From: a bacterium
GTDB lineage: Bacteria > Lernaellota > Lernaellaia > JACKCT01
Assembly: GCA_963674685.2 (NCBI GenBank)
Contig: CAXXWT010000005.1
Span: 711,579-775,578, forward strand
Direction of reading: 5' to 3'
DNA length: 64,000 nucleotides
Below the pieces are notes generated by a model, which saw only the letters and a list, made by a program, of their open reading frames with translations, was not told the DNA's origin and did no database searches. Shown piece by piece: positions 18,191 to 26,935 of the stretch. The stretch's first letter is position 1. Every line of letters starts with the position of its first letter. A program made the position numbers and the translations under genes.

Positions 18191-20137
18191 ATGGGGAATT
18201 TCAAGATTGCGGCGATGATCCTTTCGCTGCTGTTCATTACGTCCGCGGCGCTTGCCGTCGACGACTCCGAAGAAGATACGGACGTCGCCGAAGCGGCAAA
18301 AGAATTTGATTCGGTCAAATACGAGGAACTTGACGACGAACCGATCTTCGACATGGAGCTTTCCGAAGAATGGGATGAACCGTATGTGTACGAGCCGGAA
18401 GGATTCGGCGAAGATCCGCTCATCACGGCTGTGATGGAAGACGACCTACTGGACGACACCTACGTGAGCGAGAGGTTTTCAGGCACGAATTACGGATATC
18501 GGAACTATTTCTATGCGGGTGCGGAGCTTGGGAAATGGGAATATGCGCTACTCAAAGCCTACCCCTGCCCGACCGCCGGATACGTCACTTCGGCGAAATT
18601 ACACGTCAAAATCGATATCTACAACATACTGTTTGAAGAGGATTTTTACGTCGCCCGCCCAACCTCGTTGTGGGATGAACACCAGGTCGATTGGAATAAC
18701 CGTCCCGGTTATGACGCCAACAGCACCGATCAAACAACGGTTTACGACGGAGACTGGTTTACACTGACGGCGACTAAAGCCGTGCAGCAGGCGTGCAATA
18801 ACGGGCAGGTTAACGGCGGTTTTTACATTTTCCATAAAAACGACTCCCTTCTGGCCGGGGACATTGGAATGCTCAGCGTAGAGGGCAACGGAAACTCGCC
18901 GGTGAGTTATATTCAAATTACTTACGAGGCCGGTTGCGCCATCGGCGGCAAAGTTTATCAAAACAACACGGTCAATCCGGGCAATCCGTGCGAGATCTGT
19001 AAAACGAGCCTGAACCGATATGACTGGTCGGCGCGAAACGGCGTCGCATGCAATGACGGCTTGTACTGCAACGGGACCGATACCTGCTCCAATAGGATCT
19101 GCTCCGTCCATACCGGTGACCCCTGTCCGGAAAACAGCAACGTGTGCGACGGAATTCGTACCTGTAATGAAAGTACCGACTCCTGCAACAACGGCACGCC
19201 CCTGAACTGTAATGATGGAAAAGTTTGCACCGACGATTCCTGCGATCCGATCGCCGGTTGCCAATACGCCGACAACACGGATCCATGCGACGACGGCGTT
19301 TTTTGTAACGGCGACGACACCTGCTCGGGCGGCACGTGTTCCGAGCATGACGGCGATCCCTGCGGCGACGACAACATTTTCTGCAATGGAAACGAGTATT
19401 GCGACACAGAACAGGACGAATGCACACACTCGGGAACGCCCTGCCCCGACGACGGCGAATTCTGCAACGGCCAGGAGTATTGCGAGGAGGCGACCGATCG
19501 TTGCCTGAGAACAGATGCGCCCTGCGGCGACGACGGTGTTTTTTGCAACGGCGTTGAAAGCTGCGACGAAGAATACGACCTATGCCAATCCGCCGGCGAT
19601 CCATGCGGCGGCGACGACGGTCTGTGGTGCACGGGTGAGGATTGGTGCGACGAAGAGGCCGACGAATGCGCCCATGATTACGATGACGAAAATCCCCGCT
19701 GCGCCGACGACGGCCTCTGGTGTAACGGCGACGAAATCTGCGTCGAACTCTTTCAGGAATGTGCCCATGAATTCGACGAAGACAACCTGCGATGCGGCGA
19801 CGACGGCCTGTGGTGCAACGGCGCGGAGAGTTGCGACGAGCAAAACGACGAGTGCGCATCCTCCGGGAACCCTTGTGACGTAAATGAAAGTTGCGTTGAA
19901 GATACGGATGAATGTCTGACGGTCGACGATGACGCCGATGACGACACGGATGACGATACGGATGACGACGCGGACGATGATACGACAGACGACGATGTGG
20001 ACGATGACGATGACGACGATACGGAAACGGACGATGATCTCGTTGATGACGACAGCTCGGATGATGAAGATGACGATCAAGCCGACCTTCGCAGTGGCGG
20101 CGACAGCGATTCCAGCGGCAGCGGATGTGGATGCTGA
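18191..20137 (+). CDS. Secreted DNRLRE/CBM-like beta-sandwich head, CNG-type Cys-repeat stalk, acidic tail, C-terminal GCGC
   Basis: Signal peptide MGNFKIAAMILSLLFITSAALA. The head has 'DDTYVSE...ALLKAY...VTSAKLHVKI...WDEHQVDWNNRP', which fits the DNRLRE-domain logic (low-to-moderate confidence). Neck 'NPGNPCEIC...WSARNGVACNDGLYCNG'. Ends DSSGSGCGC*. Confidence 0.8.
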   Translation: MGNFKIAAMILSLLFITSAALAVDDSEEDTDVAEAAKEFDSVKYEELDDEPIFDMELSEEWDEPYVYEPEGFGEDPLITAVMEDDLLDDTYVSERFSGTNYGYRNYFYAGAELGKWEYALLKAYPCPTAGYVTSAKLHVKIDIYNILFEEDFYVARPTSLWDEHQVDWNNRPGYDANSTDQTTVYDGDWFTLTATKAVQQACNNGQVNGGFYIFHKNDSLLAGDIGMLSVEGNGNSPVSYIQITYEAGCAIGGKVYQNNTVNPGNPCEICKTSLNRYDWSARNGVACNDGLYCNGTDTCSNRICSVHTGDPCPENSNVCDGIRTCNESTDSCNNGTPLNCNDGKVCTDDSCDPIAGCQYADNTDPCDDGVFCNGDDTCSGGTCSEHDGDPCGDDNIFCNGNEYCDTEQDECTHSGTPCPDDGEFCNGQEYCEEATDRCLRTDAPCGDDGVFCNGVESCDEEYDLCQSAGDPCGGDDGLWCTGEDWCDEEADECAHDYDDENPRCADDGLWCNGDEICVELFQECAHEFDEDNLRCGDDGLWCNGAESCDEQNDECASSGNPCDVNESCVEDTDECLTVDDDADDDTDDDTDDDADDDTTDDDVDDDDDDDTETDDDLVDDDSSDDEDDDQADLRSGGDSDSSGSGCGC

Positions 20138-20169
20138 AAATCATTCATTGAAGAATGGGGAGATAAACG

Positions 20170-22134
20170 ATGAGATTTACGTCCTTGTATTTGGTTCTTC
20201 TCCTGACTCTGGCGCTTTGGGCAACAGGATCGTGGGCGGAGGATATAGAAAGTCCGTTCCTGGAATTTGATGAAAACCAGGCCCTTTTATGGGAGAACGC
20301 CGATATCGACTACGAATTTTCTGATATTCAATATTCCGATCCTTTCGGCGAATTTTGGCAGCCTATCGAGATTGACCCGGATGGCGGCGATAATCGACCG
20401 GCGGGACTGCGCAGAAGTATTATTCCCATGGATTCACCCGACGCGGCGGAAACAAGAACGGATTCCATCGGTGTATTGGTCGATTGTTTCCAAAACGAAA
20501 ACAATCCAAGCGAATATGGCTGCGGCACGGATTATATACGAGTGGGATACAGGTATGGTTGGTATCATGCATTATTCAAGGCGGATATCTGCCGGGACGC
20601 CGATGAAATCGTCAGCGCCAGTTTGCGAATCAATATTAAAGGCAACTATCTGGCTACGACGGAATACTTTCGCATCTATGCAATTTCCGATTCCTGGTAC
20701 AGTCCGAACTGGTATGGAACACCAGACTATTATCCCAATGTTTACAGCTCCACATCGGTCAGTTCGGGCACCACGGGATGGGTCTCCTTCAATGCACTCA
20801 ATGCTGCGAAATTGTATTGCGAAGACGGCTATACCAACTGGGGTTTTTTCCTGCGGCATCACGATTCATCCCACAGCATCAATTACATCCATTTCGATTC
20901 GGAAGAGGCCAACAACGACAATCCGGTAACCTTTTACGACGTGACATACATTCTTCGCTGCGACATCGGCGGACAAAAATACGACCATCTGGAAACGAAT
21001 CCGGCGAATCCTTGTCTGGTCTGCGATGTGGACCAGGATTTGGAGCATTGGTCTCTCAACGACGGAGGCGCATGCGACGACGGCGTTTTCTGCAACGGCG
21101 CCGACACTTGCCAGGTCGGATCATGTTCCGTCCACGCCGGCGATCCCTGCCCCGACGACGGTTTGTGGTGCAACGGCGCGGAAAGTTGTAACGAATCGGG
21201 TGGTCAATGCGAGACGACAGGCGCGCCATGTGATTCGGTTTGCCAGGATTGTAATGATACTGCCGACACGTGCGTCGATAACAGCGATTCCTGTAATGAC
21301 GGGCTGTATTGCAACGGCGCGGACACGTGCGCCGGCGGCACCTGTTCGATCCACGCAGGAAATCCCTGCCCCGACAACGGCCTGTTTTGCGACGGCGAAG
21401 AATATTGCGACGAAGTCGGCAATCAATGCGACGTCCAGAACGTTCCGAACTGCGTCAACGACAATCTTTGGTGCAACGGTGAAGAATACTGCGATGAAAC
21501 CCTCAATGCCTGCAGCGCGGAAAATGTTCCGGACTGCTCGGATGACGGTTTATGGTGCAACGGCGAAGAATTCTGCAACGAAAACGACAACGCCTGCGAC
21601 CGGGAAAACATCCCGGACTGCGACGCCGACGACGGCCTCTGGTGCAACGGGATCGAACTTTGCGACGAAGATGCCGACCAGTGCGGACACGAATTCGGCG
21701 ACGGCAATCCGCGCTGCAACGACGGCATTTTCTGCAACGGCGAAGATCCCTGCAACGAGGAAACGGATCAATGCGGCCACGGAGATCAGGATCCATGTAC
21801 CGATGACGGCCTTTGGTGCAACGGTGAAGAATCCTGCGACGAGGTCGGCGACCAATGCCTGCATTCCGGCGATCCCTGCGATGACGGCGAAGAATGCATC
21901 GAAGACAATGACGAATGCATCGACGCCCCTGACGATGACACGGACGATGATACTTCAGACGATGATGCAGATGACGACACGACTTCGCCTGACGATGACG
22001 ATACATCGGACGATGACACCTCAGATGATGACACCATTAGCGATGACGATGATGATGACGAGACCAGCGAACCCGAACAAAGCACCGGCGGAAGCGGCGA
22101 CAGCGACTCCACCGGCAGCGGATGCGGATGCTGA
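20170..22134 (+). CDS. Secreted paralog of 18191-20137 (related beta-sandwich head), CNG-type Cys-repeat stalk, acidic tail, C-terminal GCGC
   Basis: Signal peptide MRFTSLYLVLLLTLALWATGSWA. The head aligns in outline with the previous gene (YHALFKADIC...IVSASLRINIK...). Neck 'NPANPCLVC...WSLNDGGACDDGVFCNG'. Ends DSTGSGCGC*. Confidence 0.8.
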   Translation: MRFTSLYLVLLLTLALWATGSWAEDIESPFLEFDENQALLWENADIDYEFSDIQYSDPFGEFWQPIEIDPDGGDNRPAGLRRSIIPMDSPDAAETRTDSIGVLVDCFQNENNPSEYGCGTDYIRVGYRYGWYHALFKADICRDADEIVSASLRINIKGNYLATTEYFRIYAISDSWYSPNWYGTPDYYPNVYSSTSVSSGTTGWVSFNALNAAKLYCEDGYTNWGFFLRHHDSSHSINYIHFDSEEANNDNPVTFYDVTYILRCDIGGQKYDHLETNPANPCLVCDVDQDLEHWSLNDGGACDDGVFCNGADTCQVGSCSVHAGDPCPDDGLWCNGAESCNESGGQCETTGAPCDSVCQDCNDTADTCVDNSDSCNDGLYCNGADTCAGGTCSIHAGNPCPDNGLFCDGEEYCDEVGNQCDVQNVPNCVNDNLWCNGEEYCDETLNACSAENVPDCSDDGLWCNGEEFCNENDNACDRENIPDCDADDGLWCNGIELCDEDADQCGHEFGDGNPRCNDGIFCNGEDPCNEETDQCGHGDQDPCTDDGLWCNGEESCDEVGDQCLHSGDPCDDGEECIEDNDECIDAPDDDTDDDTSDDDADDDTTSPDDDDTSDDDTSDDDTISDDDDDDETSEPEQSTGGSGDSDSTGSGCGC

Positions 22135-22161
22135 AGTTAAACAATTATCCGGGAGATACTG

Positions 22162-22590
22162 ATGGATACGCCACGAGGATTTTACGAAAACAAGATTTAC
22201 CTGATCATCCAAATCATCGCGGCGGTGTTCATGTTCATCGCCGGCATTTTGCAACTGGCCATGAAACACCAGATGGGATGGTTCTATTTGATTCTGGGTG
22301 TTGGAATGATTTTTATCGGCGTCTTACGCCGCTCATATGCGATCATCGAGTTTCGCACCGACGCCCTCACCTTGAAAAAAGCTCCGGCATTCGCCAGAAA
22401 AATCCTGCCGTATTCGCAGATCACGCATGCGGAAATCGTGTCCGCCAAAAAAGTGAAGTTCCACTATGAAAACGAAGGGCAAAAGGATGTTTTGGCGCTT
22501 CCCCTAAACGGAATTTCCGGGGCCGACCGACTCGAAGTCATGGATATCATCAAATCGAACTTCCGCGTGGAAGAACCTTCGCAATCTTAA
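22162..22590 (+). CDS. Small membrane protein (two TM helices plus a soluble, possibly PH-like, domain)
   Basis: Starts 27 nt after the upstream stop on the same strand. Hydrophobic segments IYLIIQIIAAVFMFIAGILQLA and WFYLILGVGMIFIGVL. No family recognised. Confidence 0.5.
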   Translation: MDTPRGFYENKIYLIIQIIAAVFMFIAGILQLAMKHQMGWFYLILGVGMIFIGVLRRSYAIIEFRTDALTLKKAPAFARKILPYSQITHAEIVSAKKVKFHYENEGQKDVLALPLNGISGADRLEVMDIIKSNFRVEEPSQS

Positions 22591-22595
22591 GGCTC

Positions 22596-23273
22596 GTGAA
22601 AAAAGCACTCCCATACATCATCGCGTCGGCGCTGGCCGTCATCGGGATTCGATATGCCTGGCTTTTTGTCACGGCGCCGGCCCCGAGCGCCACGCTCGCC
22701 GAGACTCCATACCCTGATGAGGATCCGCTGCAAAACGACCTGCCGTCTTTTGCGCCGATCAAGGTGAGTTTCGACGGCGGAATCGCCAAGATCAAACCGC
22801 GAGCCACGTATGAGATCACAGGCGCTGTATGCGGTCTCAATCACCTCAAGCACAGCAAGCTCGTGGGAATTATTCCATACGATCTTTGCCTGAAATGGGG
22901 ACGCCTCGCCACGGAGGACATGAAGGGCAAAGTCACCTTCAAACACGACTCTTTGAGACTGGATTGGGTGCAGGTCAGCCCCGGCGCGCCGGTGGATTTT
23001 CAATATGTTTCGCTGCATTTTTCCAATAATCATCTCATGTGCGCCGACGATGAAGTCTGCAAGGCCATTTCACGGCTGGACCGGGGCGACGTCGTGAAAA
23101 TCACGGGATACCTCGCCGATGCGATCATCACCACCCCCGAACGGGAATGGGACTGGAAAACCAGCATGGACAGGGGCGATACGGGCCTCGGCGCCTGCGA
23201 AACGATCTACGTGACCTCCATCCAGGCGGGAAAAAAGCTATACGGAATCCCCATCGAGCAGTTTGGCAAGTGA
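22596..23273 (+). CDS. N-terminally anchored or secreted hypothetical protein
   Basis: GTG start 5 nt after the upstream stop. MKKALPYIIASALAVIGIRYAWLFV is a signal or anchor segment. No family recognised. Confidence 0.5.
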   Translation: MKKALPYIIASALAVIGIRYAWLFVTAPAPSATLAETPYPDEDPLQNDLPSFAPIKVSFDGGIAKIKPRATYEITGAVCGLNHLKHSKLVGIIPYDLCLKWGRLATEDMKGKVTFKHDSLRLDWVQVSPGAPVDFQYVSLHFSNNHLMCADDEVCKAISRLDRGDVVKITGYLADAIITTPEREWDWKTSMDRGDTGLGACETIYVTSIQAGKKLYGIPIEQFGK

Positions 23274-23294
23274 TCAAAGCAGTCAAGTAAAAAA

Positions 23295-23666
23295 GGTTCT
23301 TCGAGGATTACCGTACTTTAACGCCCACTTCCCCAACTTTGCGAAGAAGAAAATTATTTTTCGCCGCCCAAAAGGGCGGTCGTCGATCCTTGACATTTCC
23401 TTTGGGATGGAAAAGCCCGTCATTTAAGGTTTTGAAAGGACATTTCCCAATTTGGGCGTCAGGAGACCGCGATAAAGCCGCCGATAAATCACCGAATTGT
23501 CGACATGTCTTCCGATCCTTTTATCTTGAAGGGATCGCCCGCGACGTCGATTAAAAACGTCCTTTCAAAACCTATGAGCAAAAATTCCATCCCAAAGGGA
23601 ATGTCAAGGACGAAAAATAATTTTCTTCTTCGTTTCATGATGAAGTACGGTAATCCTCGAAGAACC
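23295..23666. mobile_element. Foldback, MITE-like non-coding element with long segmented inverted arms
   Basis: Perfect or near-perfect inverted pairs: 23295-23317/23644-23666 (23/23), 23342-23363/23611-23632 (22/22), 23387-23410/23587-23610 (23/24), 23427-23441/23559-23573 (15/15). A related terminal 23-mer lies at 49124-49146 (21/23). Confidence 0.7.
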
Positions 23667-23890
23667 ATAAAAAATCCTTATGACACTTGCCCCCCGGAAT
23701 GACGCATTGCGTAAACAAATATTGACAACGCACGCCAGAATCCTTTATTAAGGCTCCGCGCGATCCGATAAGGGACATTTATCGTGCTTTTGAAAAATAA
23801 ATCGCCGATAAATTATCGGCTAAATAAAAAATTCGGCCTTTGCGCCCCGCCTGCCTGTAACTCCACAAAAATCCCCTTCAGGAGACGGCT

Positions 23891-25546
23891 ATGACCCATG
23901 AAAATTACCCTCGGCACTTTATCGACCGCATCATGCCTCAGGAGCAGGCTCTCAAAGAAACCGTCGTAAACGGCGTGCGTATCGTTTCCGGTTTCGCGAC
24001 CTCGGAACCCTCCAGTTTTTATGAGGATTTGTGGGACCATATCCAAAAGGAAGACCTGCGCGACATCAATGTCAAACAGGCGCTTTTCATGGCTCCGCAC
24101 CGCCTTCTCGTCGGAGACGCCCTGGAAAGCAAAGGCATGTTTTCCGGATTCATGGGCCGGGAAGGCAATCCGGGAATCTTCGGCAACATCGCGCAAAAAG
24201 CCAACGCCATTACGCGAAAACTGGAAGGCCTGGATAAGCTCATCGAGCATTTTCGCGAATTGCGGGAGCGAAACATCACCTTCACTTCGGCTTTCACCGG
24301 CGCCGCGCAAAATATGATTATTCCCACTAACGCCATCACGCGTTTGAAATATCCGGCCTACATGGGCCGCAACAAATCCCGCATGGGCATCGTGCACATG
24401 CAGTCCATTCACTTCCCGGACGCCGTGTACTCCATGGGATATGACGACAACCGGGAGCTGATGGTCGATGTCTTTCCGCTGGTCATGACGCCGCCGGATG
24501 AAGAGGGCATGCTCAGTCACGGCGTGGCCAGCGCGGCCAACTCGGAAATGCTGGAAGTGGCCCTGGAGGATACCAAAGCGAAGATTCTCCTGTACCTCAA
24601 TAAAAAATATCCCTTTACCTGGGGCTATGAAGACGCGCCCAACACGATTCACGTGGACAAGTTCCAAAAGGCTGCTAATGAAGGCCGTCTTTTCATCGTC
24701 GAGGATGAGGGAAAAATCCCCTCCCTGCCCGCCGGCTCGTTCGACGCGCCTTCCAAAACGGAAATCGCCATCGCGCAGCACGTGGTCAATCACATCGAAA
24801 TGAATATGGACGTGATGCAGGGGCGCGCCATTCAGGTCGGTATCGGCGGCACCGGCGTCCTGGCCATCAAAGGCCTCATGGACACCAAGTGGACCGGGCG
24901 ATGCTATACTGAAATGCTCGAGCCTTTCACCATGAATCTTTTTGAAGCGGGCAAAATCAGCGGCACGCACTTCATCGAGCGCAACGGCGCGCGCACCATG
25001 GTCGACGGCAAGATCTGCTGCACCTTTACCATGGGCGAAGAAAACCGCGGCTTTTACAGAAAACTCAACCGGAACCGGAGCGTGATTCTCGCTCGGGCCT
25101 CCCGCGTCGTCATATCCGAAGGCTTTTACGGCGGCCTGGGAATCAACAACGTCCTGTCCGTGGATTTCCAGGGGCATATCAACAGCTCCGGCCGGGACAA
25201 GAACCATCACTCCGGCATCGGCGGCGCCGCGACGATCGTGCGCGGCCTGGGCAAAGGAGGCGTCAGTTATCTGTGCTGCAAATCGACGCACAAAAGTCCG
25301 GAAGGCAAACGCCGCTCCTCGATATTCCCCTTCCTGCCCCAGGGAACGCCCGTCGGCATTATCGGGCCGGATCTTATGGGAACGCGCGAAGGCGCTCTCA
25401 CCTTCCTGGTCACGGAGCACGGCGTGGCCAAAATCAACGCGAAAGATCAGCACGAGTTTATCAGATCGATCATTGCCGTGGCGCATCCCGATTACCGGGA
25501 TTGGCTCAAGCAGCGCGCCTGGCAGGAATTCCGCGTCAAAGTGTAA
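23891..25546 (+). CDS. Acetyl-CoA hydrolase/transferase family protein (4-hydroxybutyrate CoA-transferase-like)
   Basis: The C-terminal half reads '...GRAIQVGIGGTGVLAIKGL...YTEML...NNVLSVDFQGHINSS...SGIGGAATIVRG...SSIFPFL...FLVTEHGVAKI...AHPDYRDWL'. This matches the family pattern (GIG..P, DL.GQ, SG.GG, TE.G, AHP.FR). Confidence 0.75.
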   Translation: MTHENYPRHFIDRIMPQEQALKETVVNGVRIVSGFATSEPSSFYEDLWDHIQKEDLRDINVKQALFMAPHRLLVGDALESKGMFSGFMGREGNPGIFGNIAQKANAITRKLEGLDKLIEHFRELRERNITFTSAFTGAAQNMIIPTNAITRLKYPAYMGRNKSRMGIVHMQSIHFPDAVYSMGYDDNRELMVDVFPLVMTPPDEEGMLSHGVASAANSEMLEVALEDTKAKILLYLNKKYPFTWGYEDAPNTIHVDKFQKAANEGRLFIVEDEGKIPSLPAGSFDAPSKTEIAIAQHVVNHIEMNMDVMQGRAIQVGIGGTGVLAIKGLMDTKWTGRCYTEMLEPFTMNLFEAGKISGTHFIERNGARTMVDGKICCTFTMGEENRGFYRKLNRNRSVILARASRVVISEGFYGGLGINNVLSVDFQGHINSSGRDKNHHSGIGGAATIVRGLGKGGVSYLCCKSTHKSPEGKRRSSIFPFLPQGTPVGIIGPDLMGTREGALTFLVTEHGVAKINAKDQHEFIRSIIAVAHPDYRDWLKQRAWQEFRVKV

Positions 25547-25554
25547 AGATCGAT

Positions 25555-26075
25555 CCGGCGATTTCGGGTTTCGGGTTCCGGTGTGCGTGGCGCACCCGCC
25601 CTCGGGTTTCGTGTTTCCCACCTTCGCCTCCGGCTATGGCGTGGCAGGCGGTCTCGGCATTTCGCCCCTGCAAACGTGTGTGGCGCATCGCGGCCCTTCG
25701 GCCGCAACCAAATGTCAATTTCCTTACGGTCCCGTCAGGGGCGACACAAACAGAGCCGCGCACGGCAAATCCACCGAAGCTTTAGCGTAGGTGGATGAGT
25801 AAGCGGGTATATTTCGGCCCTGCAACCAAATGTGATTGTAAGACATTCCTTTCACACCCGAGGGCGGGTGTGCCACACATGACGTGCCCGGGCGAAAGGT
25901 GCATGGCTTCGCCCCTGCAAACGTATGAGGCATATCGCACCCCCCGTGTAGGTCCGGTTTCCAACCGCGACTTGTCTGAGCCGCGCACGGCAGATTCGCC
26001 TGAGTTGTAACGAAGGCGAATGAGTAAGCGGGTGGATTCCGCACCAGCATATGTACGTGGCGCATCGGGACTTTA
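25555..26075. repeat. Cluster of REP-like intergenic repeats (diverged direct duplication of about 230-245 bp carrying several small hairpins)
   Basis: 'cgcccctgcaaacgt.t' occurs at about 25663 and 25908. 'gccgcgcacggca.at' + 7-bp stem + 14-nt loop + stem + 'gagtaagcgggt' occurs at 25754-25808 and 25979-26033. Hairpins at 25593-25608, 25690-25705 and 25853-25872. Confidence 0.75.
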
Positions 26076-26163
26076 ATATGCATTTCGATCTGCCGCCCGC
26101 TTGCGCGGATTCGAGTGAATCTATATTTATATTAGCTCCGACTCTCGAAATCCGGGGTTATGA

Positions 26164-26781
26164 ATGATGCAAAACCATGATCCGAAATACGTGAAGCGCA
26201 TGGAAGCCGAGCGGATTTACCTCCGGCCGCTGATAAGAAGCGACGCCGAGGACGTTTATCACGCCATCGATATTTCCCGAAAAGAGTTAAAACCGTGGAT
26301 GTTCTGGGAACCGGACACGAAAAGCCCGGAAGATACGCTGACCTATATAAAAAGAACGCAGGTATTGCGCCGAAAGCGAATCAACTACGACTTCGGCATG
26401 TTCGATATGTCTTCCTGCCAATATCTGGGCGGATTGGGCATTGCAGGAATCAGCGCCCTTCACCGTTTCGGCGAATTGGGATATTGGGTGCGCACCGATC
26501 GTCATCGGGAGAAAATTGCCTACACGGCTTCCGTTATGATGCTCCGCTTCGCCTTTGAAATCATCAAGCTTCATAAAGTCCGCTCCCGCGCCAACGTCGC
26601 CAACACCGTCAGCATCAATCTCCAGCGCAAGCTCGGATTCAGGCAGGAGGGCGTTTCCCGGGACGACCTGTACGTCAACGGCAAATGGGGCGACCACGTT
26701 TATGTGGGAATGCTCGAAGACGAATACGCCAAGTACAAGAAGAATTTCGACCGCGAAGTTCCCTGGCGGATTATCTATTAA
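26164..26781 (+). CDS. GNAT family N-acetyltransferase (RimJ/RimL-like)
   Basis: 'RIYLRPLIRSDAEDVYHAI', 'ELGYWVRTDRHREKIAYTASVMMLRFAFEIIKLHKVRSRANVANTVSINLQRKLGFRQEG' and 'DHVYVGML' are typical of the Acetyltransf_3-type fold. Confidence 0.7.
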   Translation: MMQNHDPKYVKRMEAERIYLRPLIRSDAEDVYHAIDISRKELKPWMFWEPDTKSPEDTLTYIKRTQVLRRKRINYDFGMFDMSSCQYLGGLGIAGISALHRFGELGYWVRTDRHREKIAYTASVMMLRFAFEIIKLHKVRSRANVANTVSINLQRKLGFRQEGVSRDDLYVNGKWGDHVYVGMLEDEYAKYKKNFDREVPWRIIY

Positions 26782-26832
26782 TAACGAGCCAAGGATATTT
26801 GAGATTTCTGGCTCCGGGTCCCGGGCCTCGTC

Positions 26833-26870
26833 CCTGCATACGTGTGTGGCACAGCCGCCCCCGGCTGTGC
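26833..26870 (+). repeat. REP-like element copy: conserved flank plus 9-bp-stem hairpin
   Basis: cctgcatacgtgtgtg, then gcacagccg (26849-26857), cccc, cggctgtgc (26862-26870). Near-identical to 39581-39618. Confidence 0.75.
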
Positions 26871-26935
26871 AGGGCCATTATCCGGCAAAATTGCACTTCT
26901 TTTTGCAGAACCTTCGGCACACTACCTGCTAGCCC

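Noticed and set aside
14505-22162. Large alternative-frame and antisense ORFs over the tandem array (for example 14565-15920, 15261-16001, 16714-18459, 18599-19429, 18972-20144, 21026-22162) and over 46330-47238
   Set aside because: This is the same repeat and codon-bias artefact. They lack starts with an RBS, have extreme composition, and fully overlap ORFs that have signal peptides and recognisable domains.
23339-23702. Two ORFs (71 and 65 aa) inside the foldback element
   Set aside because: They mirror each other because of the inverted arms. Neither has an RBS or coding-like composition.
23813-25621. 602-aa minus-strand ORF
   Set aside because: It is antisense to the CoA-transferase gene, whose family motifs are clear. 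The antisense translation is Gly/Arg/Ala-rich with no motifs.
25273-26083. Cluster of 70-170-aa ORFs on both strands after the CoA-transferase gene
   Set aside because: They read through REP-like repeats. Peptides like 'CVAHPPSGF' and 'CVAQPPPAVQ' are translations of the hairpins, not genes.
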